A stretch of 64,000 nt of DNA from Flaccisagitta enflata. Its lineage: Eukaryota. The DNA lies in contig OZ231126.1 in NCBI GenBank assembly GCA_965153355.1, forward strand, positions 12,090,001-12,154,000, read 5' to 3'. Below, in pieces: positions 11,401-23,076 of the stretch; the stretch's first letter is position 1, and every line of letters starts with the position of its first letter. Under the pieces are notes generated by a model. That model was not told where the DNA came from and made no database searches. It saw only the letters and a list, made by a program, of their open reading frames with translations. The translations under genes and the position numbers were made by a program.

Positions 11401-13450
11401 GTCTCTTAATATTAAAACAAATGCCAATAAATGTGAAAGCCTTGACAGCTGAGGGCAGATGGAGAGCCAAACAGGGAGTCAAAAAGGTATTAATAAGAGA
11501 CAAATGGAAAATCAAAGTTCAGAGACAAATAGAAAATGTTTATTTCTTTAAGTTTTCTCTTTGTCTTTAAATTGCAATTTTCTTTTTGTCTCTTACCATG
11601 AAAAACCAATGGGTCTGAATGGGCTACCCAAGTTGCATGCAGGTGGGCTCGAGCAGTGATGGAGAAGGCCACTAGGGCATTTTTACAGGAGTAGTGAGCT
11701 TTAAAAAAGGCAGAGTGCAGGGGAAGTCACCTACATCATTTTTGTCCCACATCAGCAATTGAGCCACAATACAAATGTAGTAGTGAGCATAGTGTCAACA
11801 GGTGGCTGTTTAAGCTGTCAGACGCATGTACCCCTATACTCACCAGGAGCAAGAGAACTTACCATAATGATTCTTAGCCCAAATTAGCTATTGAGCCACC
11901 ATGCAAATCTTATGAGAGCATGGTGTGTATTCTACAGAAGGGGAAACTGGTGAAAAGAGGGGCTAGCGGGGTTAACTCACATGTTAAGCCTGTTTTGGCT
12001 TCACCCCAGATCAACACCTCAAATTCACCAAAAGCCCCTTATAATATACTTATATATATACATAGGACTTCCATAGATCAAATCAGAGATCCTCTTGGGA
12101 TAGTAAGTTAAGTTGGTTTAACACATGTTTTAACCCCGCTAGCCCCTCATTCTACCCTTCTTAGGATTTTCTATATGTCTCATTTACATTCTCAGTCACA
12201 CCCACCTCATCATTGTCTTGGTAGATGCTATTCTGTTAAGGCCATAGTGAACCCTTTTTTGTTTGATAGAGACAAAAAGAAAATTCTAGTTCAGAGACAA
12301 ACAGAAAATGATTGTTCATTTCAGTTTTCTGTTTGTCTCTGAGCCTCAATCTTTTATTTGTCTCCTAATATTAAAACAAATACCAATAAGTGTGAAAGCC
12401 TTGACAGCTGAGGGCAGATGAAAAACCAAACAGAGGGTCAAAAAGTATTTATAAGAGACAAATGGAAAATGTTTATTTCTTTAAGTTTTCTTTTTGTCTT
12501 TAAGTTGCAATTTTCTTTTTGTCTCTTACTATGAAAAACCAATGGGTCTGAATGGGCTACCCAAGTTGCATGCAGATGGGCTCAAGCAGTGATGGAGAAG
12601 GCCACTAGGGCATTTTTACAGGAGTAGTGAGCTTTAAAAAAGGCAGAGTGCAAGGGAAGTCACCTACATCATTTTTGGTCCAAATCAGCAATTGAGCCAC
12701 AATACAAATGTAGTGGTGAGCATAGTGTCAACAGGTGGCTGTTTAAGCTCCCAGATGCATGTACCCCTATACTAGCCAGGAGCAAGAGAACTCACCGTAA
12801 TGATTCTTAGCCCAAATTAGCTATTGAGCCACCTTGCAAATCTTATGAGAGCATGGTGTGTATTCTACAGAAGGGGAAACTGGTGAAAAGAGGGGCTAGC
12901 GGGGTTAACTCACATGTTAAGCCTGTTTTGGCTTCACCCCAGATCAACACCTCAAATTCACCAAAAGCCCCTTATAATATACTTATATATATACATAGGA
13001 CTTCCATAGATCAAATCAGAGATCCTCTTGGGATAGTAAGTTAAGTTGGTTTAACACATGTTTTAACACCGCTAGCCCCTCATTCTACCCTTCTTAGGAT
13101 TTTCTATATGTCTCATTTACATTCTCAGTCACACCCACCTCATCATTGTCTTGGTAGATGCTATTCTGTTTAGGCCATAGTGAACCCTTTTTTGTTTGAT
13201 AGAGACAAAAAGAAAATTCTAGTTCAGATACAAACAGAAAATGATTGTTCATTTCAGTTTTCTGTTTGTCTCTGAGCCTCGATTTTTGTTTGTCTCTCAG
13301 TATTAAAACAAATGCCAATAAGTGTGAAAGCCTTGACAGCTGAGGGCAGATGGAGAACCAAACAGAGATTCAAGGAGGTATTTATAAGAGAAAAATGGAA
13401 AATCAAAATTTAGAGACAAATAGATAATGTTTAATCCTTTAAGTTTTCTT
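5419..13450. repeat. Tandem array of ~960-bp units (8 full, 1 partial) in the element's 5' leader
   Basis: Marker ATGGTGTGTA at 6011, 6970, 7930, 9044, 10003, 10961, 11920, 12853 (spacings 959, 960, 1114, 959, 958, 959, 933). Unit 1 lacks ~81 bp, unit 4 has a 154-bp insert, unit 8 lacks ~26 bp. Confidence 0.97.
8385..8538 (-). mobile_element. HINE family A copy inserted in array unit 4
   Basis: 154-bp insert relative to sister units; same termini and GTCY repeat; lies between T|T on the element strand. Confidence 0.8.
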
Positions 13451-14952
13451 TTTAACAAAGACAAAAAGAAAATTTCAGTTCAGAGACAAACAGAAAAGGA
13501 TTGTTCATCTCAGTTTTCCGTTTGTCTCTGAGCCTGGATTTTTTGTTTGTCTCATCTACATCCTCAGCCACACCCTGCTCATCATTGTCTTGGTGGCTGC
13601 TTCTCCTTCAAGTACAAAATGAACGCTTATTTGCTTGACAGAGACAAACAGAAAATTTCAAACGAGAGACAAACAGAAAATGGCTATTCTTTTCAGTTTT
13701 CTTTTTGTCTCCAAATCTTTATTTTCTGTTTGTCTCTTAATGTAAAATACATAAGAAGTCTAATGTCAATGTGTCTGAAAGCCTAGACAGCATACAGCTG
13801 ATAGAGAAACCATGAAAAGAGTGAACGTTGGATTTTCTGTTTGTCTCCAACAGACAGAGACAAACAGAAAATGATTATCTACAACAGTGTTCATTGTTTT
13901 TTTAGTTGACAAATAAATTGCTAGCTTGGATTTTCTCAAAATCTCCTTTAATCAGCATTCTATCATCAAAAACTTGATTATCTAATTGGCTCAAATCTTC
14001 TTCGAGACTTTCAAAAAATTTGATTGAGACAACAAAAAAATCATGCAAAAGGAAACGGATTTGTTTTGATGGCAAAAACTGTCAACAAACCACATTTTTT
14101 GGAGGAGTAAGATTTTTTTTCAGTACAGTTTCCCTGCATAGCAACTGAGCCTAGCAGAAAATGAGAAAAAAAGTGCATTTTGACAGTTGAGACCTACTGC
14201 GTCTCAAAATTCGTCTCAATTTGTCTCAAGTCAACAAAGATTAGTTAAGCAAAAGATTTTCAAAGAATAAATCTCGGCTTTCTGACAGAAAAAAAGAAAT
14301 CCTATTGAAAACATCAAAATCGTCCAATAATTTTGAAATAGAAAGAACATTTCTGCAGTAGTTTTTTGTAAAAGAAAGAACAAGCTCTCTGTACCCCGTT
14401 GTTCGCGGATTTTCCAAGAAAAAAAGGCTAGAAACAAAAAACTCAAATGATTTTTATGACATTCCCGCAAAAACACTTATTCAGTTTGCTCGCGCGCCTC
14501 TTATTTCAAAAGAAAAGAATTCTACATTTGTTTCAGAAGAAACTAACCTCTCATAGTGAAAAGAAATCATGAAACTCGTTTGTTTCCAAAATCAAGCCAA
14601 TACAGTGTCATTGAAAACAAAATGAAGATTACAATTTAAAACAGCGTCCCTCTCATACAAATGTCAGCGTTTAACCGCTTTTCCATTCAAAACATTTGAA
14701 AGACTAGTTTCAGTTGCGCCGCGTTCTTCATTTCATGAAAAACTAAGTTTCCTCATATGTAGAAAAAAAGACCTAGACTCGTCTTGATCGCGTTTGCCTA
14801 TTTGAATGAAAAAAAGAAAAAGAAACAATTAACAGCTTATTTTGTTTGCCCTTTGAAAAACGTGATGTTCTAACAACAACAAAGACAAAGACAAAGATAA
14901 AGACAACGACAAAGACAAGATTCGCGGAAAGAGAAATCTACGTCTGGAGAAT

Positions 14953-16929
14953 ATGGAAGAAACTGCACTTGAACGGCCATCGGGTGCCATTTCTATGGCA
15001 GGGCCTCACTTGGCCGGTGAAGCCATGCCCCCAATTCGTCATGCGCAATCTCTCTTTGAAAATCACATCACACTAACAAAACTACAGTAACCTCAGTCTA
15101 ACGTAAACACGACAGATGGTGTGGGAGTGGATGGAGATGGAGGAAGTCAGATGGTAGGACAAGTGTCAGTCGCAATCCATGGACTGGATACGGCAGCGTC
15201 AGATGGCATAAATACACCATCGGGAGCTTCATCATCAGAAACTACGCCATCAGAGACTACGCCATCGGAGGTTACGTCATCAGGAGTCACGTCAACAGGA
15301 GTCACAACAAATGTCACGTCAGCTGGAGTTACGTCAGCTGGGGTTATGTCAACTGGAGTTACGACAACAGGAGTCACATCAACAGGAGTTACGTATACAG
15401 GAGTTACGCCAACGGGAGTTACGCCAACGGGAGTTACGCCAACGGGAGTTACGCCATTAGTAATACCATGTGGAGATACATCAGCAGCAATAACGCAGGC
15501 AACAGTTTTTCTGCCTCAACCGGAGGCGATCGCGTCTTCGGCAGCCGCAGCCGCAGCAGCAGCGGGGGGATCATCGGCAGCAGCAGCCGACTCGAGAATG
15601 ATTGACGAGTCGGCGATTTCGAGTCTTTACATGGGTGAACAATCAATCAATACTGGTAACACACCATTTGTGAAGGAGGTCCATCCCAATACTAGCAAGT
15701 CTGAACAATCACATCCTATTATTTAACTAAATGCAACAACCAAATTCTATGTCCCAAATTTGAATGAGAGACCCAAATCTTTTGAGACTGGTATGACATG
15801 TGATGAATTGAAAACTTTTGTTAATATTTACTTTCCCGATTCAGAGATCACCATCAATGACAATAACGAAATTCCATTTTCTGTTTCTGAGAACACTCCT
15901 TCACTAGGAGTCATAGCAACCATTTGCAAAACTATTGAACTTCTCAATGCAAATCAGTTTGAGAATTCATTGAGGGTGATCTTTGAAAGTAAGGAGCCCA
16001 AAGATATTTTCAGTAGTGGGGAGCTTGCTCAAACCAAAGAGCAAGCATTTTTTGTGTTAGTTTGTATTTTCCGTCTTCTTGTTAATCAAACTTGTCCCGA
16101 CATAGATCACTTTTTCCATTCAGAAGGCCTAGAGTCTTGTGACAAGTTGGGATTGTATGGTGAAGGGGTGACGCCATCTGGTTTTGTTCCTTTGTTTTGT
16201 CGTTTGTCAGTTGAGCATAATATAAAGGAAAAACTTGTTTCTCTGCGTCAATTCTACCAGGACAATCCTCAGGAGGGAGTTGTTGTCAAGGACAACTGCA
16301 TTTACCTGAGTCTCTATCCTAACAACCAGGCTCTGTTCCTTTCATCACCTTTTTTCCCTCCTATGTCAACTGTAGAAGGGCAAAATTCTGTGAAAGGTTT
16401 CTTTCTATGCAAAGTTGTCCAATTCTTTCAAAAGTTGAATCCTTCTACTGTCAATATCTATTTCTCAGACGGTTGGCTCGAGTCTGTAGTAGCAGAAGTA
16501 CAAACTGAAGAAAGAAAGTTCAAGAATCGGCATGAAAAGCGACAAAGGCAGGTCAAGGCTATGAGTGACGAGTCTGTCCGGGTTGTCAATAGTATCCCTT
16601 TATTTGATTCTCAGACAGGACGAAGGCTGAAATGGGGGGAAGAATTCTTCTTTCCTGATGGGGTTGTAGAGAATGAGGGTGAGAATATCAAACAAAAAGA
16701 TGCAGATATTCATGCGGTGTGCCCCAACAATCATCAGCTCCATCATTTCAGTCATGGTAAATTTGTCTGCAATGAGTGTGGGGATGTTGGTAATGGAACT
16801 CATGGAGGTTGTCGCGATTGTACATACAATCTGTGTGAACCTTGCATGATTCCATTCTCCTTGTCACAGGGTTCCTCCTTTCCTCAAAAATCACACGGTA
16901 GCTTTGGATTTCCAAGGCAAGGAGACTGA
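14953..16929 (+). pseudogene. ORF upstream of (probably fused to) gag: Thr-rich GVTxT repeats, unknown globular region, ZZ/C1-like zinc finger; two in-frame TAA
   Basis: ATG 14953 and ORFs 15121..15726 and 15760..16929 share one frame, broken only by TAA at 15088 and 15724. C-terminal motif CPxxHxL..CxxC..CxxCxYxLCxxC. Confidence 0.7.
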
Positions 16930-17719
16930 TTGGAAAGGAAATGGTGGAGAATCGGATTGGCAGTTCCGTAGGGCTCAGCAGGATCGTTACAATGAGATAA
17001 GGTTTAAGACAATGCTCTTAGGTCGGGTAAAATTTTTAAAGAAGGGCGATGAAATAGGCAAGTGGGTGTCTTCTATTCGGTACGCAATTAAGTTCCTTGA
17101 TTTGACAGAGCTCGAGGCCAGGATGTATCTCGTTTCCCATGTGCATGATTTGACTTTAAAGTCCTATGTAGAACAGGTCATGAGAGAATATCCATCTGCG
17201 CCGTTAGATGAGTTGGTCATTCACCTCCAAATTTATTTGGGGGCAAAATCACGGGCTCAAATGTTGGCTGAATCTCGAAAGATGAAAAGGAAGGACCAGG
17301 AGTCAGTATCAGTTTTTTCTTTGAGGGTCCGTGATGTATGGGAGAAAACGCGTCTCACTGATAGTGATAGTGCTGAAGTGTTCAAATCTGAGATTTATCA
17401 GAGGGAAATGCTCCATGCGTTTTACAGTGGTCTGAGAAGTAAGTTTTTTGTTAAGGAGGCAATGGAAACTGAATGTAAGACAATCAAAGAGGCAATTATG
17501 GTTATTTCCGATACAGTTGCCCGATTGATTGAGTTGGAAAATGTCAAAGATGACGAGGATATCTCTCTTCAAACTGACAAAGAGTTGTACCAGCAGCCTG
17601 GGAGTGGCACTTTTGTTGTCAACCAGTTGTTCAACATCGGCGAACTTTATTTTGATGGCAACATTGCCGTTGAAAGTAAAGTTGCCAAGTTGCCTGAGCC
17701 AAATAAAAAGATGCCATGA
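16904..17719 (+). CDS. gag: gag capsid-like region
   Basis: MHR-like KRKDQESVSVFSLRV followed by F..GL and TIKEA motifs typical of the Ty3/gypsy capsid C-terminal domain; +1 frame relative to the upstream ORF. Confidence 0.8.
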   Translation: MDFQGKETDWKGNGGESDWQFRRAQQDRYNEIRFKTMLLGRVKFLKKGDEIGKWVSSIRYAIKFLDLTELEARMYLVSHVHDLTLKSYVEQVMREYPSAPLDELVIHLQIYLGAKSRAQMLAESRKMKRKDQESVSVFSLRVRDVWEKTRLTDSDSAEVFKSEIYQREMLHAFYSGLRSKFFVKEAMETECKTIKEAIMVISDTVARLIELENVKDDEDISLQTDKELYQQPGSGTFVVNQLFNIGELYFDGNIAVESKVAKLPEPNKKMP

Positions 17720-18027
17720 ATTTCATTACAGGCTCAGCTGAAATGTGTGCAAACTGCGGGCAACCTTTGTCTCATACAAGATCTAAAGGGGTTTGTCCTG
17801 CAAGAAATCGTAAGTGCTACGCTTGTGGTGCTATAGGTCACATGGCTCGTTACTGCCAAAGAGGGGCTTCCAAAACAAAAGTCGTGTCGGTTCCCTCAAG
17901 TGTTAGTGCCAATGTTGGTAGCAAGAAGGTGGATAAAGATGTAGCTCATGTGGTAAATGTGGTAAATGTAGCTCATGTGGTAAATGCCATCAAGGCATTC
18001 AAAATGAGAAAGTCAAAGAAAAAGTGA
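17707..18027 (+). CDS. gag: gag nucleocapsid region with two zinc knuckles
   Basis: CYACGAIGHMARYC is a canonical CX2CX4HX4C, preceded by the variant CANCGQPLSHTRSKGVC. Joins the capsid frame by a -1 shift in the A-run at 17705-17709. Confidence 0.85.
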   Translation, partial: KDAMNFITGSAEMCANCGQPLSHTRSKGVCPARNRKCYACGAIGHMARYCQRGASKTKVVSVPSSVSANVGSKKVDKDVAHVVNVVNVAHVVNAIKAFKMRKSKKK

Positions 18028-18284
18028 GTTTGGGTTAGTTAAATTTGGGTTTGTTAAGAATTCGAGTTATCTAAAATCTAGCTAAGGGGGGATAGTATTA
18101 CTCACGGAAATGTTTTACTGGTAAGTTAGCTAAATTTTAGATGAATAAGAAATAATTTCAGGAGTCTGTTAATGTATGCTTGCAAAGATTTATAGTTAAA
18201 TTGAATGACTGATAATTTGATTGGCAGACTGATTGTCAGTATAATTGCTAGATTGATTGATTGATTGATTGACTGATTGTCAGT

Positions 18285-18342
<58 letters not shown>

Positions 18343-20321
18343 AGTTACGTGAGTGACTGTAAGTGGTGACTGATTGATTTCATTGCATATTACTTCAGCT
18401 ATGGTTTCACTTGTCTAGCCAGTCCAAAAAAGTTGGGTCTCGAATTTCTCTCTCCTTTTTTCTCTCCCATTTTACTCTTTCATTTACAGCAAATCATTTC
18501 TTTGAACAAAGCTTGAGTCTAGTTATTTAGAAACGCAGTTGCCATAGAGTTTGGAGATCTGTGTTATGAATAAAGAGTTACTGATTTCTGCATAGTAGAG
18601 TGATGGGAGTAAGGTATGTTGATTAAAGTGGTGAGTAACATTTGTTTCTTTGAAATTACCAATTTCAAAACAAATCTTTTCATTTCATTTCATTTCATTT
18701 CATTTCACTTCTTATCTATCATCTTCCATTCTCTTTTCTCCCATTCTTTTCTGATATGATTGTCTCTTGTGTCTCTTGGTTTTGCGCGGTCATGAGACTC
18801 CGTCTGAAGGAAGTCATATAGGTTGAGAGGAGCACCATTTTCCCCTTCCAGACTCGGGAAAACTAGGCGTCTAAGTTACTTGTGTGTTACACTGTGTCAA
18901 GGTGGTGCCCTTCACGCTAGTTCCGGGGTGATGGATTCAGACAGTCTGCATAGATGTAATGAGAGAGTGTTCAGGAGTGACCGTTAGGACGAGCCCTAGA
19001 GAAGGCAGTTAGGACGAGACACCAGGACATTCTAGGTCAATGTGCATGTGCCATATGAGAAAAGATATGTGCATGTAGCATTGGAATGTTTGAATGGCTC
19101 TCCCCCAGGAGCTAGGAGATAATCATTTCATCTATCTTTTGTGTTTCTCTAATTTTCGCACAAACATACTTAAGATGTGGGTTTCGCGCAATCAGTTGTA
19201 CTATATCTGTTGGTTAAGCGCAACATATTACGGGTATGTTGCAGATGGGTGCACTTAGAGTTAGATTGTGTTTAGGAGTGCCCCTGGAGTGTAGTTTTGC
19301 TAACCAGACAGATTAGTAGGTGATATAATTAGAGTGGTTTCTTGATGAATCCCAACGAGTGCCAGCTTGCCTAGGGGGTATAGAGGCCCTGCTGGGAGCT
19401 TGCTGGCTGTTACTTTTAGTGTGGATCCTATTGTACTGACCGTTGGAGGGCGGCTGGAACTGCCGGTTCCAGTGGCAGCCTGTCACTCTCCCCAAAATTC
19501 TTAAGTTATGGTTGTGTCTCTTTTGTCTTTGATTGTTCCTTTTGTGTCCTACTTTGCCTTGTATTGTAATGTTGATCAACTATTTCACTTGTGTAACTCA
19601 ATCTTTTATTTCATTGATTTCATACTGATGAATTTTGTAGCATGAACAAATTCCTGTCAAACTCATGGAAGGTATTAGTTACCTGGAGTGTTTAATTTCA
19701 TTCCCTTTTGCATAGAACATAAATTAGTTTTAGTTTGATTTTTGTAAATATCATGTGCTTTTATTTCATATAATATATGGTCACTTGAATGTCTCAATTT
19801 TGCTAGTGCATTTTGTTTCGTAGCAGGATATCATATGACTAAAAGTTTGTAACTTTAAGGCTACTTTTACTTTGTCTTATCATTAACTTATGCCACGTTT
19901 TTTTCATGGACGATTGATTTTACGACACTATCAAACATTCATTAGCTTTTGATGATTTTTAAAATGCCTTTCTTTTAATCTTAACATTTAGTAGTTGTTT
20001 TCAATGCGATTGTTAAAATGGAAACTTTTGGTTATTTGATAGTATTCTCTAAATTCTCTTGAAGCTAAAATTGTAGTCTGGGGGGATGTTGACTTTTTTT
20101 ATTCAATTTCCTTCCGTAAGATAATCATATTGATGTTTTCTTAATTGACAAACCATTTGTTTTTTATTACATGAAGCTTAAGAGTAACTCAATGCTTATG
20201 TACTTTTGAGGTTTGATACTGTTTAGCATTGAATATTTTCCCTGTCTATTGCTAAGGTGGGTTCAGAAAATTTTAGGACATAAATGTACGAGGACCTTTT
20301 GTCTTCGGGCATTTCTGTCCT

Positions 20322-20329
20322 AGGGGGGA
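20322..20329 (+). promoter_or_regulatory. Polypurine tract
   Basis: AG-rich G-run ending 2 nt before the TG of the 3' LTR. Confidence 0.75.
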
Positions 20330-20331
20330 CC

Positions 20332-20745
20332 TGATTTGAAGTATGTATAGACAGGGACAGGATTCAATGCTTACTATAGCCTTAGTGAAGGCCTCATGGT
20401 AACTCACGTGGTAGACATTTGAATTGCACAGCCAAACATCTTTGAGAAGCAGACTGTAGACATGAGGATTGGAGGAGGGGGAGAGAGTTCGAGATAGGAA
20501 GAGGAGAGAAGAGGAGGATGAGGAGGATTTCGGGGGTTCATGATGCTTTTGGATATTTATGTTCAGTCTTCTCTCCTTCTCCTAGCTACGTGGATCACCC
20601 TCCTCCAATCCTCATGTCTACAGTCTGCTTCTCAAAGATGTTTGGCTGTGCAATTCAAATGTCTACCACGTGAGTTACCATGAGGCCTTCACTAAGGCTA
20701 TAGTAAGCATTGAATCCTGTCCCTGTCTATATATACTTCAAATCA
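20332..20745 (+). repeat. 3' LTR: 271-bp direct copy followed by a 148-bp inverted copy of the LTR start (fold-back)
   Basis: 20598-20745 is the reverse complement of 20332-20479 and of 3870-4017 (1 mismatch to each); junction microhomology CCCTC. Confidence 0.95.
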
Positions 20746-21190
20746 AGAGAGAGAGAGAGAGAGAGAGAGTCAGACAGACAGACAGACAGATAGACAGACA
20801 GACAAACAGAGGAAGAGAGAAAAGAACAACCGCGTGACACCAACAACAATAAGCAAAGAAAAAACAATGCCAAGAAAAAACAAGGCCGGATACACGTCTA
20901 CCGTAGTTGAGTGCTCATGGGCAGGGGCAGGGATGAATAAGTCTAATCAAATACTGTAGCAGGGGCTATGATTCAAAAATTGTCTGTAAATAGAAAGAAA
21001 AAACATTGCCGACAGATGAACTGACAGGTAGATTGACCGACCAAGCCGACCAAGCCTCTCATTGAGTTGGGTGTAAGGAAGAAAAGGAGAAAGAAGAAAA
21101 GACGAAATATGGGAAGTGAGAAAAAAATCAATAAGAAAAACAGAAAAGAATCTGAGAGTGTACACATTGGAAAATGAAAAAAAAATATGG

Positions 21191-21290
<100 letters not shown>

Positions 21291-22124
21291 GGAGAGCGAT
21301 TGACTCTCGGGGGAAAAAAGAGACAGAAACTGGCATGAGGAAGAAATTGTGTGACAAATGTGGTGAAGTATTTGAGTATTGGAAGTCAGGCAAAGAAGAT
21401 GGAACCGAAACATGAAGAAGAAGAAGAGAGAGAAGAAGAAGAAGAAAAAGAAAAAGAAAAAGAAAAAGAAAAAGAAAAAGAAAAAGAAAAAGAAAAAGAA
21501 AAAGAAAAAGAAAAAGAAGGAGAAGAAGAAGAAAATAAATGAAGAAGAAGAAGAAGAAGAAGAAGAAGAAGAAGAAGAAGAAGAAAAAAAAAAGAACAAG
21601 AACAAGAAAGAGAAGAAGAACAAGAACAAGAACAAGAACAAGAACAACAAGAAGAACAAGAAGTCGGTGCAGGAGATGGAAAAGATAGAGATGTGGTTGA
21701 GGTAGATCAGGAGGAAAAAGAATAAAGGGGACAAACAGAATAGGGAAAAAAGCTTTGGTAATGGAATTAGAGGAAAGGAATCGGGAAAATGATTGAGAGG
21801 GAAAATAAGGAAGAAACCTTCAAACAGATGTTATTTGCATCTGTTTGAATAGAGAAACCGAAATCCGCCAAAGGATTACCTCAATTAGACGCACAATTGA
21901 CGCCAATATCGAGGCTAAAAATTCGCGGCTAACATCGAGGCTGGAATCGCGGATAAAAATCAAGGCCAAAATCGAGGCTTAAATAGGAGATAGGAGATAT
22001 AAGACGGAGGGCAGAATCTAAAGGCAAGTGTCAAAGAAAGAGATTGACAAGAAAGGAACGAATTTGACGACTAATTCAGGATTTTCATAACTGCCGAATC
22101 TGCGAGAACTGAGCTGACACTAAC

Positions 22125-22182
<58 letters not shown>

Positions 22183-22713
22183 ATTGCCACAAAAAAAAAA
22201 AAAAAAAGCGAAGGACGGCATTAAGTATAGATGAAGTTGTTGCTCACTAGCTCGAAAAATGTTTCCGAAAATAGTTTCCACCGCAACATAATATGAGTGT
22301 TAGCTATTTAAATATTTTAGAGTAAAGAGACATTGCACGTCTCGATGGGGGGACACATTTTTTTTCACATAACCTCTCCACTGATAAATGTCATTCATAT
22401 TTATCTTTTATATATTCAAGTTCTTGGTATCTTTTTTTTCTTGAGTCAGAAAAGTGGAAGGCTGTAAAGGAGGTGAGGGTGGTGGTGAGAAAGAAGGAAG
22501 AGGAGGAAAAGAAGGAAGGTGAAATGAGGTGGGGAAATCGTTGATGCTGTTAGTGTCATAAGCAGGCCAAGGATGGGAGATTGGAAAACATGAGGGAGAT
22601 ATCATAAGCAAATGAGGGAGAGAGAGAAGAAGAGAGAGGGAGAGGGAGAGAATGAAGCGAAGGGGGAGACAGATATGGTGATCACGAGCAATAGAAAAGG
22701 GAGCGACAGAGAT

Positions 22714-22918
22714 AACAAGGCCGTATACACGAGCCGAAGTCGCGTGCGGGTGGGCAGGGGCAATGATGATAAAGGTTTACCCAAGCATTTGGGCAGGGGC
22801 AGTAACGCAAAAACCGCCCGTAAAGCCAAAAAAGTTAACGCGGACGGACGGACGGACGGACGGACCGACCGACCGACCGACGGACATAGCGGGTTGTAGA
22901 GTCGCGTGCACGCGACTA
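22714..22918 (-). mobile_element. HINE family A copy
   Basis: AACAAGGCCGTATACACG...GTCGCGTGCGGGTGGGCAGGGG...(GGAC/CGAC)n...AGTCGCGTGCACGCGACTAA. Confidence 0.78.
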
Positions 22919-23005
22919 AAAATGAGCGTGCGTTTGGAAAACCTTTCGTCTCAAATTTCTATTCTTTTGAGAATCCATTTCAAGTTTAAGTCGCTCTTCA
23001 AACAC

Positions 23006-23076
<71 letters not shown>

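Larger units (their letters stand above)
3870..20745 (+). mobile_element. Non-autonomous (gag-only) Ty3/gypsy-like LTR retroelement, 16.9 kb, antisense in the last Irx intron
   Basis: TG...CA ends; 271-bp direct repeats (3870-4140 / 20332-20602, 3 differences); PBS; PPT; gag CA-like region and CCHC knuckle; no RT/RNaseH/IN ORF seen; both flanks are (GA)n. Confidence 0.88.

Noticed and set aside
6011-13044. 63-aa ORF MVCILQKGK... repeated in the array
   Set aside because: Recurs only because the unit is repeated; no recognisable domain; copy 6 has a TAA; it overlaps stem C.
5419-13450. CRISPR-like or rDNA/snRNA array interpretation
   Set aside because: No unique spacers, no cas genes, eukaryotic context; no rRNA, 5S, tRNA or snRNA motif recognised.
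19313-19579. Antisense 88-aa ORF in the element's 3' region
   Set aside because: Short, no motif, expected by chance.
3870-20745. DIRS or Penelope classification because of the inverted ends
   Set aside because: No tyrosine recombinase, RT or GIY-YIG ORF; TG..CA ends, PBS, PPT and a gypsy-type gag fit an LTR element better.
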